Below, in pieces: positions 9,944 through 19,225 of a stretch of 64,000 nt of DNA. The DNA is from Thermoanaerobaculia bacterium (GTDB taxonomy: Bacteria > Acidobacteriota > Thermoanaerobaculia > Multivoradales > Multivoraceae): assembly GCA_963664405.1 (NCBI GenBank), contig OY761158.1, positions 2,400,001 to 2,464,000 of the forward strand. The letters are read 5' to 3'. Below the pieces are notes generated by a model, which worked only from the letters and a program-made list of their open reading frames with translations, searched no databases and had not been told where the DNA came from. A program made the translations under genes and the position numbers. The number at the start of each line of letters is the position of its first letter. The first letter of the stretch is position 1.

Positions 9944-11334
9944 CCGCGAAAGGGTGCTAGCACCACGAACCAGATGACGAAGATGGCCATCAAGAGCTCG
10001 AAGCAGAAGATCGCCCAGAGAGCGATCTGGGTCGTCTTGCTTGGCCGAATTCGCTGGTCCATCTTGGTCGCTTGCAGCCAGATCGTGGCCCCGCACTGAA
10101 GCGGCAGAAAGAGCGCCGAGGTCAGGCCGCCGATCATGATCAGAGTGACGAAGTTCGGGATGAAGAGATAGATCAGGAAGGCGACGATCGGGAGCCCGGC
10201 TACGTACCCGCGGGTAATGGCTTTCCGCACATTGAGCTTCGAGCGATCGAGGAGCTGCATCTCGATCAGGTAGTCGGGAATGAAGCGCCCTCCCGCAGCG
10301 ACACCGGAGAGTACGGTCGAGAACAGAATGAAGAAGGCGCCGATGCTGAAGATCCACACCGCCCACGGGCCCAGGGTCTGGGTGAAGATGTTCGATAGCG
10401 CCCCGATCGTCTCGTCGTTGCCCTCAGGAGTGAGGCCCATCTTGTTGAGCACGCCGGCCCCGAGGACATAGTAGGGAATGGTCGCGCAGGTGACGATGAT
10501 GAGCGCCAACCACACGTCGGTGTGGAGGACCTTCATCCAGCCGCGACCGTGCGCTTCCCAATCGGGATCGTCCCGATCCGCGCCCATATAGCTCGGATAT
10601 CCCTTCTCGATACACCAATAGGTGTAGGCCGAGATGTCGCCGGAAGTGGTTCCGGTATAGCCGTAGGCCGCGAGGGCGAGGGCCGCAAACGAAACGAAGA
10701 GAGCCCAATCAGGGGTCATTCCTCCGAGGATCTCGGCAGGCGAGGCACGAAACTCGGTGAACTGCATGGCGATCGAACAGACCAGAGTGGCCAAGGTAAA
10801 GGCAATCACCAGAGCCAGCATGGTGCGCTCGAGCCGTTGATAAGAGCCAAGGCTCAAGAGGAGCGAACAGCTGACCGCGATCAATCCAGTACAGACGATG
10901 CCGCTGACCGTGATGTTTGCCAGAGACAAGAGAAAAGACAGCGACTGGCCCGCCCCGCCAATGATCCCGCCCAGTCCCATGGTCCCCGGCACATAGGCGA
11001 GGAGAAACAACCAGATCGGCCACGAGATGGTCCAGATGCGCCCCGGGACGCGATTCATGGCACGTAAATAGGTATCGCCAGACACGATGGTGTAGCGCGC
11101 CATTTCCGCCTGGACCAGAGATTTGCACCAGCACGACAACAGAATCCACCACAGTAGGGCCCAGCCCGCCACCGCACCGAGGCTGGTGGTCAGAACCAGC
11201 TCGCCGGAACCGATGACGGCGCCAGTGACGATCAGACTCGGTCCGAGGTACTTGAGCCGGCCGCGAAGACTGGTCGGCGGCGCGTGCGACTCGCCGTGGC
11301 GTACGGTGTAGGGATCGTGTGCAGCGTCGGGCAT
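9940..11334 (-). CDS. Nramp-family / APC-type transporter
   Basis: LGPSLIVTGAVIGSGE, AYTYWCIEKGY, many TM helices; start MPDAAH with TATACT upstream. Confidence 0.85.
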   Translation of the reverse strand: MPDAAHDPYTVRHGESHAPPTSLRGRLKYLGPSLIVTGAVIGSGELVLTTSLGAVAGWALLWWILLSCWCKSLVQAEMARYTIVSGDTYLRAMNRVPGRIWTISWPIWLFLLAYVPGTMGLGGIIGGAGQSLSFLLSLANITVSGIVCTGLIAVSCSLLLSLGSYQRLERTMLALVIAFTLATLVCSIAMQFTEFRASPAEILGGMTPDWALFVSFAALALAAYGYTGTTSGDISAYTYWCIEKGYPSYMGADRDDPDWEAHGRGWMKVLHTDVWLALIIVTCATIPYYVLGAGVLNKMGLTPEGNDETIGALSNIFTQTLGPWAVWIFSIGAFFILFSTVLSGVAAGGRFIPDYLIEMQLLDRSKLNVRKAITRGYVAGLPIVAFLIYLFIPNFVTLIMIGGLTSALFLPLQCGATIWLQATKMDQRIRPSKTTQIALWAIFCFELLMAIFVIWFVVLAPFRG

Positions 11335-11409
11335 TGTCTGGGGGCGGAGTATACAGACCCTGAAGAAGCTACGGATGAAGGTCGCGTGCGCTACTTCTCT
11401 GCGAGCTGC

Positions 11410-11510
11410 TGCTGCCGCCAGGTCACACCAGGCCTGCTCACGGCTGAGCTTGCCCTCCCGAATCTCGAACACGTGGAGCAGGCGAAAGCTGACATCACCG
11501 CTCTTAGGGC
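11410..11510 (-). pseudogene. SnoaL/NTF2-like fragment
   Basis: VSFRLLHVFEIREGKLSREQAWCD resembles a SnoaL C-terminus; the rest of the gene is absent. Confidence 0.55.
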
Positions 11511-11733
11511 TGATCGAGACCTCGGCCGCCAGATTGCTCGAACATGAGTCGGATATGCACCGAGCCCTCTGGCTGTACCAGGACACCTGGTTGAGAAGCG
11601 ATCGTCGCGGCGACGACCAACCAGCGCTTCGCCAGGGCCGGCGAATGCGCTGACTCGACCGTGTACTCGAGCCAGCGGCTCAGCTTCCTGAGGCCAACAG
11701 ACGCCGACTACGCGAGAGGGTCGAGGGAGGTTC

Positions 11734-12078
11734 TCATCCTCCCAAAATCTCTGAATAACAGTCCTCGTTGAAGCCGACCAAGAGAGTTTTGCCAGCCCGC
11801 ACAGTCGGTGCGCGCAGATTACCGGTCGGACCCAGCATCGCCGTCAAGGCGTCTTCGTCCCGCGAAGACGGTGCCTCGAACTCTCTGATGCGCCTGCCCT
11901 TCGCCACCACCAGACGGTCGGCCCCGTCCAGCAGCTCGGCGGCGTCCTCGCGTCCTAGCTTGCGAGAGGCGGGAGTCCGCTCCCTTGCTTCGAGACCATG
12001 GGCGTCCATGAACTTGGACGCTCGCCCGCAGCTGGTTCAACCGTTGCGAAAGTAATACCAGTCAATCGAATCAGCCAT
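11734..12078 (-). CDS. ArsC-family selenoprotein (UxxC)
   Basis: GAGGAGG RBS; MADSIDWYYFRNG-TGA(12037-12039)-TSCGRASKF continues in frame into ...GPTGNLRAPT...LVGFN. Confidence 0.85.
12002..12021 (-). promoter_or_regulatory. Putative bacterial SECIS hairpin
   Basis: GCGTCCA-AGTTCA-TGGACGC, 7-bp stem with GT in the loop, starting 15 nt after the in-frame TGA. Confidence 0.65.
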
Positions 12079-12171
12079 TCGCCTGTCCTCCTCAATCACT
12101 CTTCGTTGCCAAGTTTCTATGCCGTCCTCTAGCCGCTGTCAACTCTCGCCTCCGGAGGCTCCCTCCGTAGT

Positions 12172-12757
12172 TCACTGCGCCCCGGGCACCAGCCTGTGCA
12201 GAGACAGTTCCCCCAGAGTCCAGCGATCGATGTAAGCGTTGATGCCGGGAAGGGGACTCAACCGAAGCTTCATCACCCAGAGCTCTCGGCCCTCCGCCCT
12301 TGCCAAGACGGCATCCCTCTGCAACGGCTCGTCACGCACGAACACGCGGTCTCCGGCGAAGGGGTCGAGAGCGTTCTCGAGCATCAGATTGCCGAAGGCG
12401 GAGTCTGGGCCCGAGTAAAGGATCAAGGCTCGCTCACCAACCCCTGCGCGCTCCACCTCCTCGAGCAGTTCTGCCGACTGCCCGTGGTACCAGCCTGATT
12501 GGTAGAAGAGCACACCAGCGCGCGCCGTCGAGGATGACGTTCTGCTGCCTAAAGAGCTGCGGCTGCTCGGGCGAGGGCAGACACACCTGCCCCGAAGCGA
12601 TGATGCGGGCCTGAAAGAAGTAGGCAACCTCGTCGGAAACGTGCGGGACGCCGTCGAGCACGACCAGGCCGACGAGACCGCTCACGGCCACTGCCGTCGC
12701 GGCGAGTACCACTGGCCACAGGGCCTTAGCGGCGGGAGCGGGGGCCATCCGGAACAT
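12172..12757 (-). pseudogene. GT-C (ArnT/PMT-like) glycosyltransferase, internally deleted
   Basis: N-terminus PHVSDEVAYFFQARIIASG joined out of frame near 12510 to a C-terminal piece. Confidence 0.6.
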
Positions 12758-12862
12758 CTTATCCGTACCCGTGTCCGCGCCGGCGCCCCCTTTCTCCAAG
12801 TCGCCATACCGCCGTGCGCCCGCCCCCATACCAGCGGGTGGCGAAATCACACAGCAACGGGG

Positions 12863-13027
12863 CTAGACCCGCGTTTCCGAAGTTCGTGTACAGAGCTCGA
12901 GGTCATTCTGTTCGCTGGCAAGGCGCGCCGACGCAGGCATAGCAGGGACTATGTCGAGGAGGCGCAACGCCGCCAGCGGGCAGAAGGGGCCGAGAACTGT
13001 GCGCGAACTTCGGAAACGCTGGTCTAG
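12863..13027 (+). repeat. Repeat family B copy 1 (CTAG-bounded palindromic element, 165 bp)
   Basis: Terminal inverted repeats CTAGACCcGCGTTTCCGAAGTTCG...CGAACTTCGGAAACGCtGGTCTAG. Confidence 0.92.
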
Positions 13028-13039
13028 GGTCACCACAGT

Positions 13040-13438
13040 ATGGACTTCAACGACACGCCCGAGCAGGCCGAGTTTCGCGCCGAAGCCCGAGCCTGGCTCG
13101 CGAGAACCGCGCCCGCCTACGAGAAGCCGGATGGCACCGCGGTGGGAGTCTTCTCCTCTACGGACGGTCTCGATATCGCCAAGGATTGGCAGGCCTGCAA
13201 GGCCGACGCCGGTTGGGCGGCTCTCCAGGATCCGATCTCGCCGGTCTTCGCGCACGCTGCCAGCGCGACGGCGACGACTGGATCGTCAACGGGCAGAAGA
13301 TCTGGAACACCTACGCCCATATCGCCGACTACGCAATACTGGTGACGCGCCACGACCCGAGCCTGCCTAAGCACAAGGGTCTCACCTACTTCTTTGTGGA
13401 CATGCACTCCCCTGGCGTCGAAGCGCGCCCCATCAATA
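13040..13438 (+). pseudogene. Acyl-CoA dehydrogenase, internally deleted and truncated
   Basis: MDFNDTPEQAEFRAEARAWL... joined out of frame to GSDLAGLR...WIVNGQKIW...KHKGLTYF. Confidence 0.85.
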
Positions 13439-13581
13439 GCGATCGGCCTCGAGTACGCGCTCACCGATACCGAGCGAGCCGCAGCCGCCAAGGCCAAGGT
13501 CTTCGCCGAGACCGGCATGCTGAAACTCTCCCTGTCACACTCCGATCTACATCCGCCCGCTATGATCGGTTGGAATCGAGC

Positions 13582-14313
13582 ATGATCAACTCCGTGAAGG
13601 CCCTCACCTTCGACGTCTTCGGCACCGTCGTCGACTGGCGCAGCTCGATCGCCCGCGAGGGCGAGCGATTGGCCGAAGGGCGGTCGCTCGAGGTCGACTG
13701 GGCCGAGTTCGCCGACGCCTGGCGAGCCGGCTACGGGCCGGCGATGCAGAGGGTGCGGGAGGGCGACCTGCCATGGATGAAGATCGATCAGCTTCACCGA
13801 CTGATCCTCGACGAGCTGCTCGATCGTTTCGAGATCCACCTCGACGAGAAAGAGATCGATCACTTCAACAGGGCGTGGCATCGACTCACCCCCTGGCCCG
13901 ACTCGGTGGCAGGGTTGATCCTGCTGCGCGAGCGTTTCGTTCTGGCAACTCTTTCCAACGGCAATATGAGCCTGCTGGTGAACATGGCGAAGAGTGCCGG
14001 TCTACCTTGGGATTGCGTGCTCTCGGCGGAGCTCGCCAAGCACTACAAGCCGGACCCAGAGACCTATCTCATGGCCTCGAGCTTCCTCGGCTACGAACCA
14101 GAAGAGATCATGATGGTCGCCGCGCACCCGAACGATCTTCGGGCTGCGGCATCGGTCGGCTTTCGCACCGCTCTGGTGACACGGCCTCTGGAGTACGGCC
14201 CAGAAAGCGACCTCTACGCGCGCCGGGTAACGGACCGCCTCGATGAGAAGCCCGGCTTCGATGTCGTCGCGAAAGACTTACTCGATCTGGCGAGCCTGCT
14301 CTACGCCCGCTAG
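13582..14313 (+). CDS. Haloacid dehalogenase type II
   Basis: FDVFGTVVDW, LSNGN, YKPDP, MVAAHPNDL. Confidence 0.92.
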   Translation: MINSVKALTFDVFGTVVDWRSSIAREGERLAEGRSLEVDWAEFADAWRAGYGPAMQRVREGDLPWMKIDQLHRLILDELLDRFEIHLDEKEIDHFNRAWHRLTPWPDSVAGLILLRERFVLATLSNGNMSLLVNMAKSAGLPWDCVLSAELAKHYKPDPETYLMASSFLGYEPEEIMMVAAHPNDLRAAASVGFRTALVTRPLEYGPESDLYARRVTDRLDEKPGFDVVAKDLLDLASLLYAR

Positions 14314-14936
14314 TCGGGGAGTCGCCGCACCTTCAGGCCTCGGTACTTCGCTTTGCTGCCTGGGTCGTGTGCTTGCAGCGCGAAGAGCCCCGAGGAGAGC
14401 TGTCGATCCGGGCGGTCGAGATCTTCGGGCTCGACGTAATCGGAGATGATCGTGCCATTGACCTTGACCACGATGTGATTGCCCTCGACCACGATCTCGC
14501 ACTCGAACCACTCGCTGTCGCCGACTGGCGCTTCGTAGTTGTCCTGGACGTTGTAGAGCCCACCGGTGCGCTTGGGATCGCGGTGACTATTGTTGACCTG
14601 AACCTCGTAGCCACGATCTGGCCACCCCTGTTCCAAATACCGCGAGTGAAAGTAGATCCCCGAGTTTGCAACCGGCTCGGTCCAGACCCGCGCTGTGAAC
14701 TGGAAGTTCTTGAAAGACGCGTCGCCGTCACCGACGTAGAAGGCGTGAGCGCGCGGGCCATGAGTGACCAGAGCACCGTCCTCGACATAGACCGAGTCAC
14801 GATTCTCGCTGACCCTCCAACCGCTCAGATCCTCGCCGTTGAAAAGCTCGATCCACTCCCCGCCTTGTCCGAAGATCGGGGCAGTCGCCGCGAGAGCCAC
14901 GGCCAGGAATACGAAGCGAGTGGAAAGGAACGTCAC
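14310..14936 (-). CDS. DUF1080 (3-keto-disaccharide hydrolase-like) secreted protein
   Basis: LFNGEDLSGW, NSGIYFH, GYEVQVNN, TGGLY, ALQAHD. Confidence 0.9.
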   Translation of the reverse strand: MTFLSTRFVFLAVALAATAPIFGQGGEWIELFNGEDLSGWRVSENRDSVYVEDGALVTHGPRAHAFYVGDGDASFKNFQFTARVWTEPVANSGIYFHSRYLEQGWPDRGYEVQVNNSHRDPKRTGGLYNVQDNYEAPVGDSEWFECEIVVEGNHIVVKVNGTIISDYVEPEDLDRPDRQLSSGLFALQAHDPGSKAKYRGLKVRRLPD

Positions 14937-14942
14937 GGCAGC

Positions 14943-17039
14943 TCATTCTACGCTGGATGCTTGCCCGCCGATCGAAGCCGATAGCCCGGACACCCGCACC
15001 CGGTTTACGCCGACCCTGCCCTCTTCGATCACCAGACCCACTGCACCTGCCTCCAGCTCGAGGTCTTGGCAGTCGGCGAGAACTGCGCCATTGACCTTGC
15101 CAATCAGCCGCGAGCCATTCAGCTCCAATGTCAGCTGGTGGGTCTCGCCGAGCTTCCATTCGAAGGGCAGATCGACCAGCACAGTTTCCTCGTGCAGCAT
15201 TCGGGTCAGCTGCAGTCGATTGCCCGCTTTGAGAAGCCATCCGTAGTATCGGGTCAAGCCCTGCACCCTCGCCGCGATGCCCGATCTCGCCGAGAGATGC
15301 GGTGTGACATCCGCGCTCACCGAGTAGTCCCGCCACTCACGGGTTCCCTGCATGATGAGCCCAGAGCCCCGGTTCTGGATGAGCCGAAAGCTCTCCGTCC
15401 CTTTCGTCATCGCATCGACGCCGTTCACCCAGGCACGCCGCCACATCGTGCCCCGGTGAGGGGGACGCTCGAAGATCACCTCCGGGGCTCCGGACCATCT
15501 CATCGAGTCCAGATACAAGGTTCCCGAGTGGCCCGCCAACTTCACTCCCACTTCGAAAATGGGACCAGGGAGCGCGGGGATCTCCATCGTAAGACGGGTG
15601 TTCTTCTCGGCACGCACCGCGACCGCATCTCCATCGACCGAGGCGGGCTCATCGTCTTCGCCGTAGTAGGAAACGTACACACTCGCCTCGATCCCCTCGC
15701 CGACGGCAGCCACCACCGCTTCGAGCGTCTGCCCTGGGAAAACTCGCGGCGAGGCCATCAAACTATAGGCGCGCCCCTCGAAATATTTGGCCACGGCCTT
15801 GGACGGCGTGAACACGGGAGAACCGACCCGGGTCTCGCCCGAAAAGTCGATCCGTAGGGCCCGGGCGCCCGGTTGCAACGAGCAGTTTGTCAGCCGCACC
15901 TCGCCCTCCGTGACCTGGAATCCCTGCACCGACCCTGGAAAGTGGAAATGAAACTGGGCCCCGTCCTTGGGCGCGATCGGGCTCTCGCCGACGAGGGCGC
16001 GACCCATGTTGACGATCCGAACTGCCTCGCCGGCGCAGTCGCTGATCGCTCGCCCACCGTCCGCAGTGGGGATATACAAGCGATCGGACACCGGGCCGCG
16101 CCAGTCGAAGCCTCTATCTAGCCCCGCGTCGATCGCTTCGAGGCCCCCTCTGATTCCCATCAGGCAGCCGACGTTGCCCGAGTTGCAGTCGGTGTCCCAG
16201 CCGCAGGTGTTGACGATCTTCAGCGTGTCGGAGAAGTCGCCCTCGCCGTGCAAGAGCGAGTGAATGATCAGACCGTGATTGGGCACCATGTGACAGTTGC
16301 CGCCGTATTTGTCATAGCCATAGCTCGCCGCCAACATCTCCCGAGTGGCGCGCCAGTCCTTCTCCCGCGCGTGCCAGCCGCGGATGTCTTCGATCATGGT
16401 GGCAATCACGCTGTCGGTGGGGATATAGGCGAGCGCTTTGTCGACCAGCTTGTCTATATCGGACTCCAGGAACGCCATCGCCTCCATGGCCGCGATCACC
16501 TGGGCACCATAGACTGCCTCACCATCGTGGCTGACCCGCGCTGCCGCTTCGGCGAACTTCGCCGCCTGATCGGGATCGCCAGGGCAGACCATGGCCCAGC
16601 CGTCGATGAAGATCTGCGAGCCGATCTGCTCCGAGACAACCTTGCCGTTGAGCTCCATCGAACCACTCGCCGGCGCCTCGATACCGCTGGCAAGTCGAAG
16701 ATAGGCGGTGTGCTCGGTGGAATTCCCGAGCCCCCCCCACCACAGAATGGTTCGCTCCTTGATCAAGTAATTGAGCCAGCTCTCCCCTACTTCCCTCGAG
16801 CTCAGATCCGCACCGCTACCGTGGTCCTCCAATGCTCGCAGGAAAGTAAAAGTGCCGGAAATGTCGTCGTCGGTCACGACCAGCGGAACGTTCAGCTTGT
16901 CGTGAACGTAGTACTCGACGTCGCCCAACCGTTCCTGGATCATCGAATAGGGCCAACCCTCGAAAGGTCGGCCCAGGTAGACCCCGATGATCTTGCCGAG
17001 GACTCCGGCATACACACGCTCCGCGTAATCCCGTTGCAA
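14943..17039 (-). CDS. ADP-ribosylglycohydrolase family protein with C-terminal extension
   Basis: GKIIGVYLGRPFEGW, TDDD, GWDTDCNSGN. Confidence 0.9.
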   Translation of the reverse strand: MQRDYAERVYAGVLGKIIGVYLGRPFEGWPYSMIQERLGDVEYYVHDKLNVPLVVTDDDISGTFTFLRALEDHGSGADLSSREVGESWLNYLIKERTILWWGGLGNSTEHTAYLRLASGIEAPASGSMELNGKVVSEQIGSQIFIDGWAMVCPGDPDQAAKFAEAAARVSHDGEAVYGAQVIAAMEAMAFLESDIDKLVDKALAYIPTDSVIATMIEDIRGWHAREKDWRATREMLAASYGYDKYGGNCHMVPNHGLIIHSLLHGEGDFSDTLKIVNTCGWDTDCNSGNVGCLMGIRGGLEAIDAGLDRGFDWRGPVSDRLYIPTADGGRAISDCAGEAVRIVNMGRALVGESPIAPKDGAQFHFHFPGSVQGFQVTEGEVRLTNCSLQPGARALRIDFSGETRVGSPVFTPSKAVAKYFEGRAYSLMASPRVFPGQTLEAVVAAVGEGIEASVYVSYYGEDDEPASVDGDAVAVRAEKNTRLTMEIPALPGPIFEVGVKLAGHSGTLYLDSMRWSGAPEVIFERPPHRGTMWRRAWVNGVDAMTKGTESFRLIQNRGSGLIMQGTREWRDYSVSADVTPHLSARSGIAARVQGLTRYYGWLLKAGNRLQLTRMLHEETVLVDLPFEWKLGETHQLTLELNGSRLIGKVNGAVLADCQDLELEAGAVGLVIEEGRVGVNRVRVSGLSASIGGQASSVE

Positions 17040-17199
17040 ATCGACTCCCTATCTCGATAAATCGTCTCAGCTCAATCGGTCAGGCATTGTATCTGTGCGC
17101 TCGATCCCGGCAGTCAGCTTCAAAGGAACGGGTTAGGATGGCACAGACCAAGAACAAACGAGTACCCCTAAATCACGGCCTCAGGGAAAGCGAGATCCT

Positions 17200-19065
17200 A
17201 TGTGCGCGCTAAGAAAGATGTGGCTGACCGGCCTACTGCTCTTGACACTCGGCTGTGCCGACGACTCGGTGCAAGTGTCGAGTCAACCGGAGAACGACCC
17301 CGCCCCGGCAGGCGGCATCGAGAGATCGTCGAACCGGAATGCCTACTTCGGCGACGTTCACGTGCACACCAAGTACTCCTTCGACGCCTACATTTTCGGT
17401 ACTCGCAATGATCCGAATGACGCCTACCGATTCGCCAAGGGCGAGTCGCTGACCCACGCGGCCGGGGTCGAGATGAAACTGAAGGCGCCACTCGACTTCT
17501 TGGCGGTCGCTGACCATGCCACCTATCTGGGGATGTTCGAGCAGATGGACAACCCCGATTCAGCGGTTGGCAAACATCCACTGGCGGTCGCATTACGAAG
17601 CGCAGAGACTCCAGAGGACCGGAGCGCCGTTTTCCAAGAGGTGCTGCCGCGTGAGAGGGGCTATGTAGACCCCGACGACCTGCTCGATCTCAGCGTCGTA
17701 GAGAGCGCATGGAAGCAGATCATCGCGGCGGCCGAGCGACACAACGATCCCGGTACGTTCACCACCCTCATTGCGTACGAGTTCACAGCGGGTGGTCCAA
17801 GGGGCGAGAACCTCCACCGAAACGTCATCTTCCCGGGCTCGAATGTGCCGAGCATTCCTTTCAGCCGCCTGGACGCCAAGAACAACCCGGAGAAACTGTG
17901 GGATTGGATGGATGAGCAGCGCGACCAGGGCATCGACTCTCTGGCAATCCCGCACAACTCCAACGGCTCCGACGGATGGATGTTCCAGTTGACCGACAGA
18001 GACGGTAACGCCATCGACCAAGCCTACGCCGAGCAGCGCATGCGCAACGAGCCACTGGTCGAGGTCACCCAGGTCAAGGGCACTTCAGACACCCACCCCC
18101 TCTTGTCTCCGAATGACGAGTGGGCGGACTTCGGGATCATGGAGAGGACCATCGGCAGCGACTTTCCAAGCCGGCCCCAGGGCAGCTACGTGCGCGACGC
18201 GTACTTGAAGGGCCTCGACCTGGAAGAGCAACAAGGCTTCAATCCGTTTCGCTTCGGCCTCATCGGCTCCTCGGATACTCACAACGCGGCCGGGTCGTTT
18301 CGGGAAGAGGACTACTGGAGCAAGACCGGCCTACTAGATATAACGCCGGAGCAGCGAGGGTCGGTCCCTCGAGCCGATACCGGTGAGTACGACGATCCGA
18401 CGAGACAGTACTGGGGGGCATCGGGGTTGGCGGCGGTATGGGCGGAGTCGAATACCCGAGAGGACATCTTTCGTGCCTTAAAGCGGAAGGAGACTTTCGC
18501 CACCACCGGCCCCCGCATGCGCGTTCGCTTTTTCTCCGGTTACGACCTCGACGAAACGGCTCTGGCTGGAGAAGACGGGATCACAAAAGCCTACGCCGAA
18601 GGCGTCCCCATGGGTGGCGATCTGATGGCGGACGGGGCACAACGAGCGCCGCGCTTTCTGGTGTGGGCCACCAGGGACCCGACCACCGTTCCTCTTGCCC
18701 GTTTGCAAGTCATCAAAGGATGGACCCGAGACGGCGAGACGAACGAGCGTGTCTATGACGTGGCCTGCCCCGGCGATTCGACCCCAGACGATTTCCACCG
18801 CTGTCCCGACAACGGAGCCTCCGTAGATCTCGAGACCTGCGCAGCCAGCGAGGGCAGCGCGGGGGCTTCTGAGCTCGAGGCGCTTTGGCAGGACCCGGAC
18901 TTCGACCCCGGTCAGCGCGCCTTCTACTACGTTCGCGTGCTCGAAAACCCGACCTGTCGCTGGTCGACCTGGGATGCCATCCGGGCTGGGAAGCCGCCGA
19001 AAGTGGGCCTGCCTGCCACCATCCAAGAGCGCGCCTGGTCGTCCCCCATCTGGTACGTCCCGTAG
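17200..19065 (+). CDS. DUF3604 (PHP-fold) lipoprotein
   Basis: YFGDVHVHTKYSFDA, NLHRNVIF, IPHNSNGS, QERAWSSPIWY. Confidence 0.92.
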   Translation: MCALRKMWLTGLLLLTLGCADDSVQVSSQPENDPAPAGGIERSSNRNAYFGDVHVHTKYSFDAYIFGTRNDPNDAYRFAKGESLTHAAGVEMKLKAPLDFLAVADHATYLGMFEQMDNPDSAVGKHPLAVALRSAETPEDRSAVFQEVLPRERGYVDPDDLLDLSVVESAWKQIIAAAERHNDPGTFTTLIAYEFTAGGPRGENLHRNVIFPGSNVPSIPFSRLDAKNNPEKLWDWMDEQRDQGIDSLAIPHNSNGSDGWMFQLTDRDGNAIDQAYAEQRMRNEPLVEVTQVKGTSDTHPLLSPNDEWADFGIMERTIGSDFPSRPQGSYVRDAYLKGLDLEEQQGFNPFRFGLIGSSDTHNAAGSFREEDYWSKTGLLDITPEQRGSVPRADTGEYDDPTRQYWGASGLAAVWAESNTREDIFRALKRKETFATTGPRMRVRFFSGYDLDETALAGEDGITKAYAEGVPMGGDLMADGAQRAPRFLVWATRDPTTVPLARLQVIKGWTRDGETNERVYDVACPGDSTPDDFHRCPDNGASVDLETCAASEGSAGASELEALWQDPDFDPGQRAFYYVRVLENPTCRWSTWDAIRAGKPPKVGLPATIQERAWSSPIWYVP

Positions 19066-19168
19066 GCTCCAGAAATGATTGCTATCATTTCCTCCGCCTA
19101 GTTTCCTTTTGGCGCCGAGGACGGCGCACTCGGGCTTTGCTTCCTATTCGCTCCGGAAAACGGCTCAG
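19063..19168 (+). repeat. Repeat family A copy
   Basis: Begins at the TAG stop of the DUF3604 gene; GAAATGAT-TGCT-ATCATTTC hairpin plus the shared tail. Confidence 0.85.
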
Positions 19169-19225
19169 AACGAAGACTCCGACACTCTCCTGGCGCCTGA
19201 AGTGATGAGTGTCGGGGCGCACAAG

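Noticed and set aside
11335-11586. N-terminal extension of the Nramp-like transporter
   Set aside because: Contains a SnoaL remnant; a TATACT box precedes the ATG at 11334
13186-13581. Acyl-CoA dehydrogenase-HAD fusion
   Set aside because: The upstream part is pseudogene debris; the HAD gene has its own start at 13582
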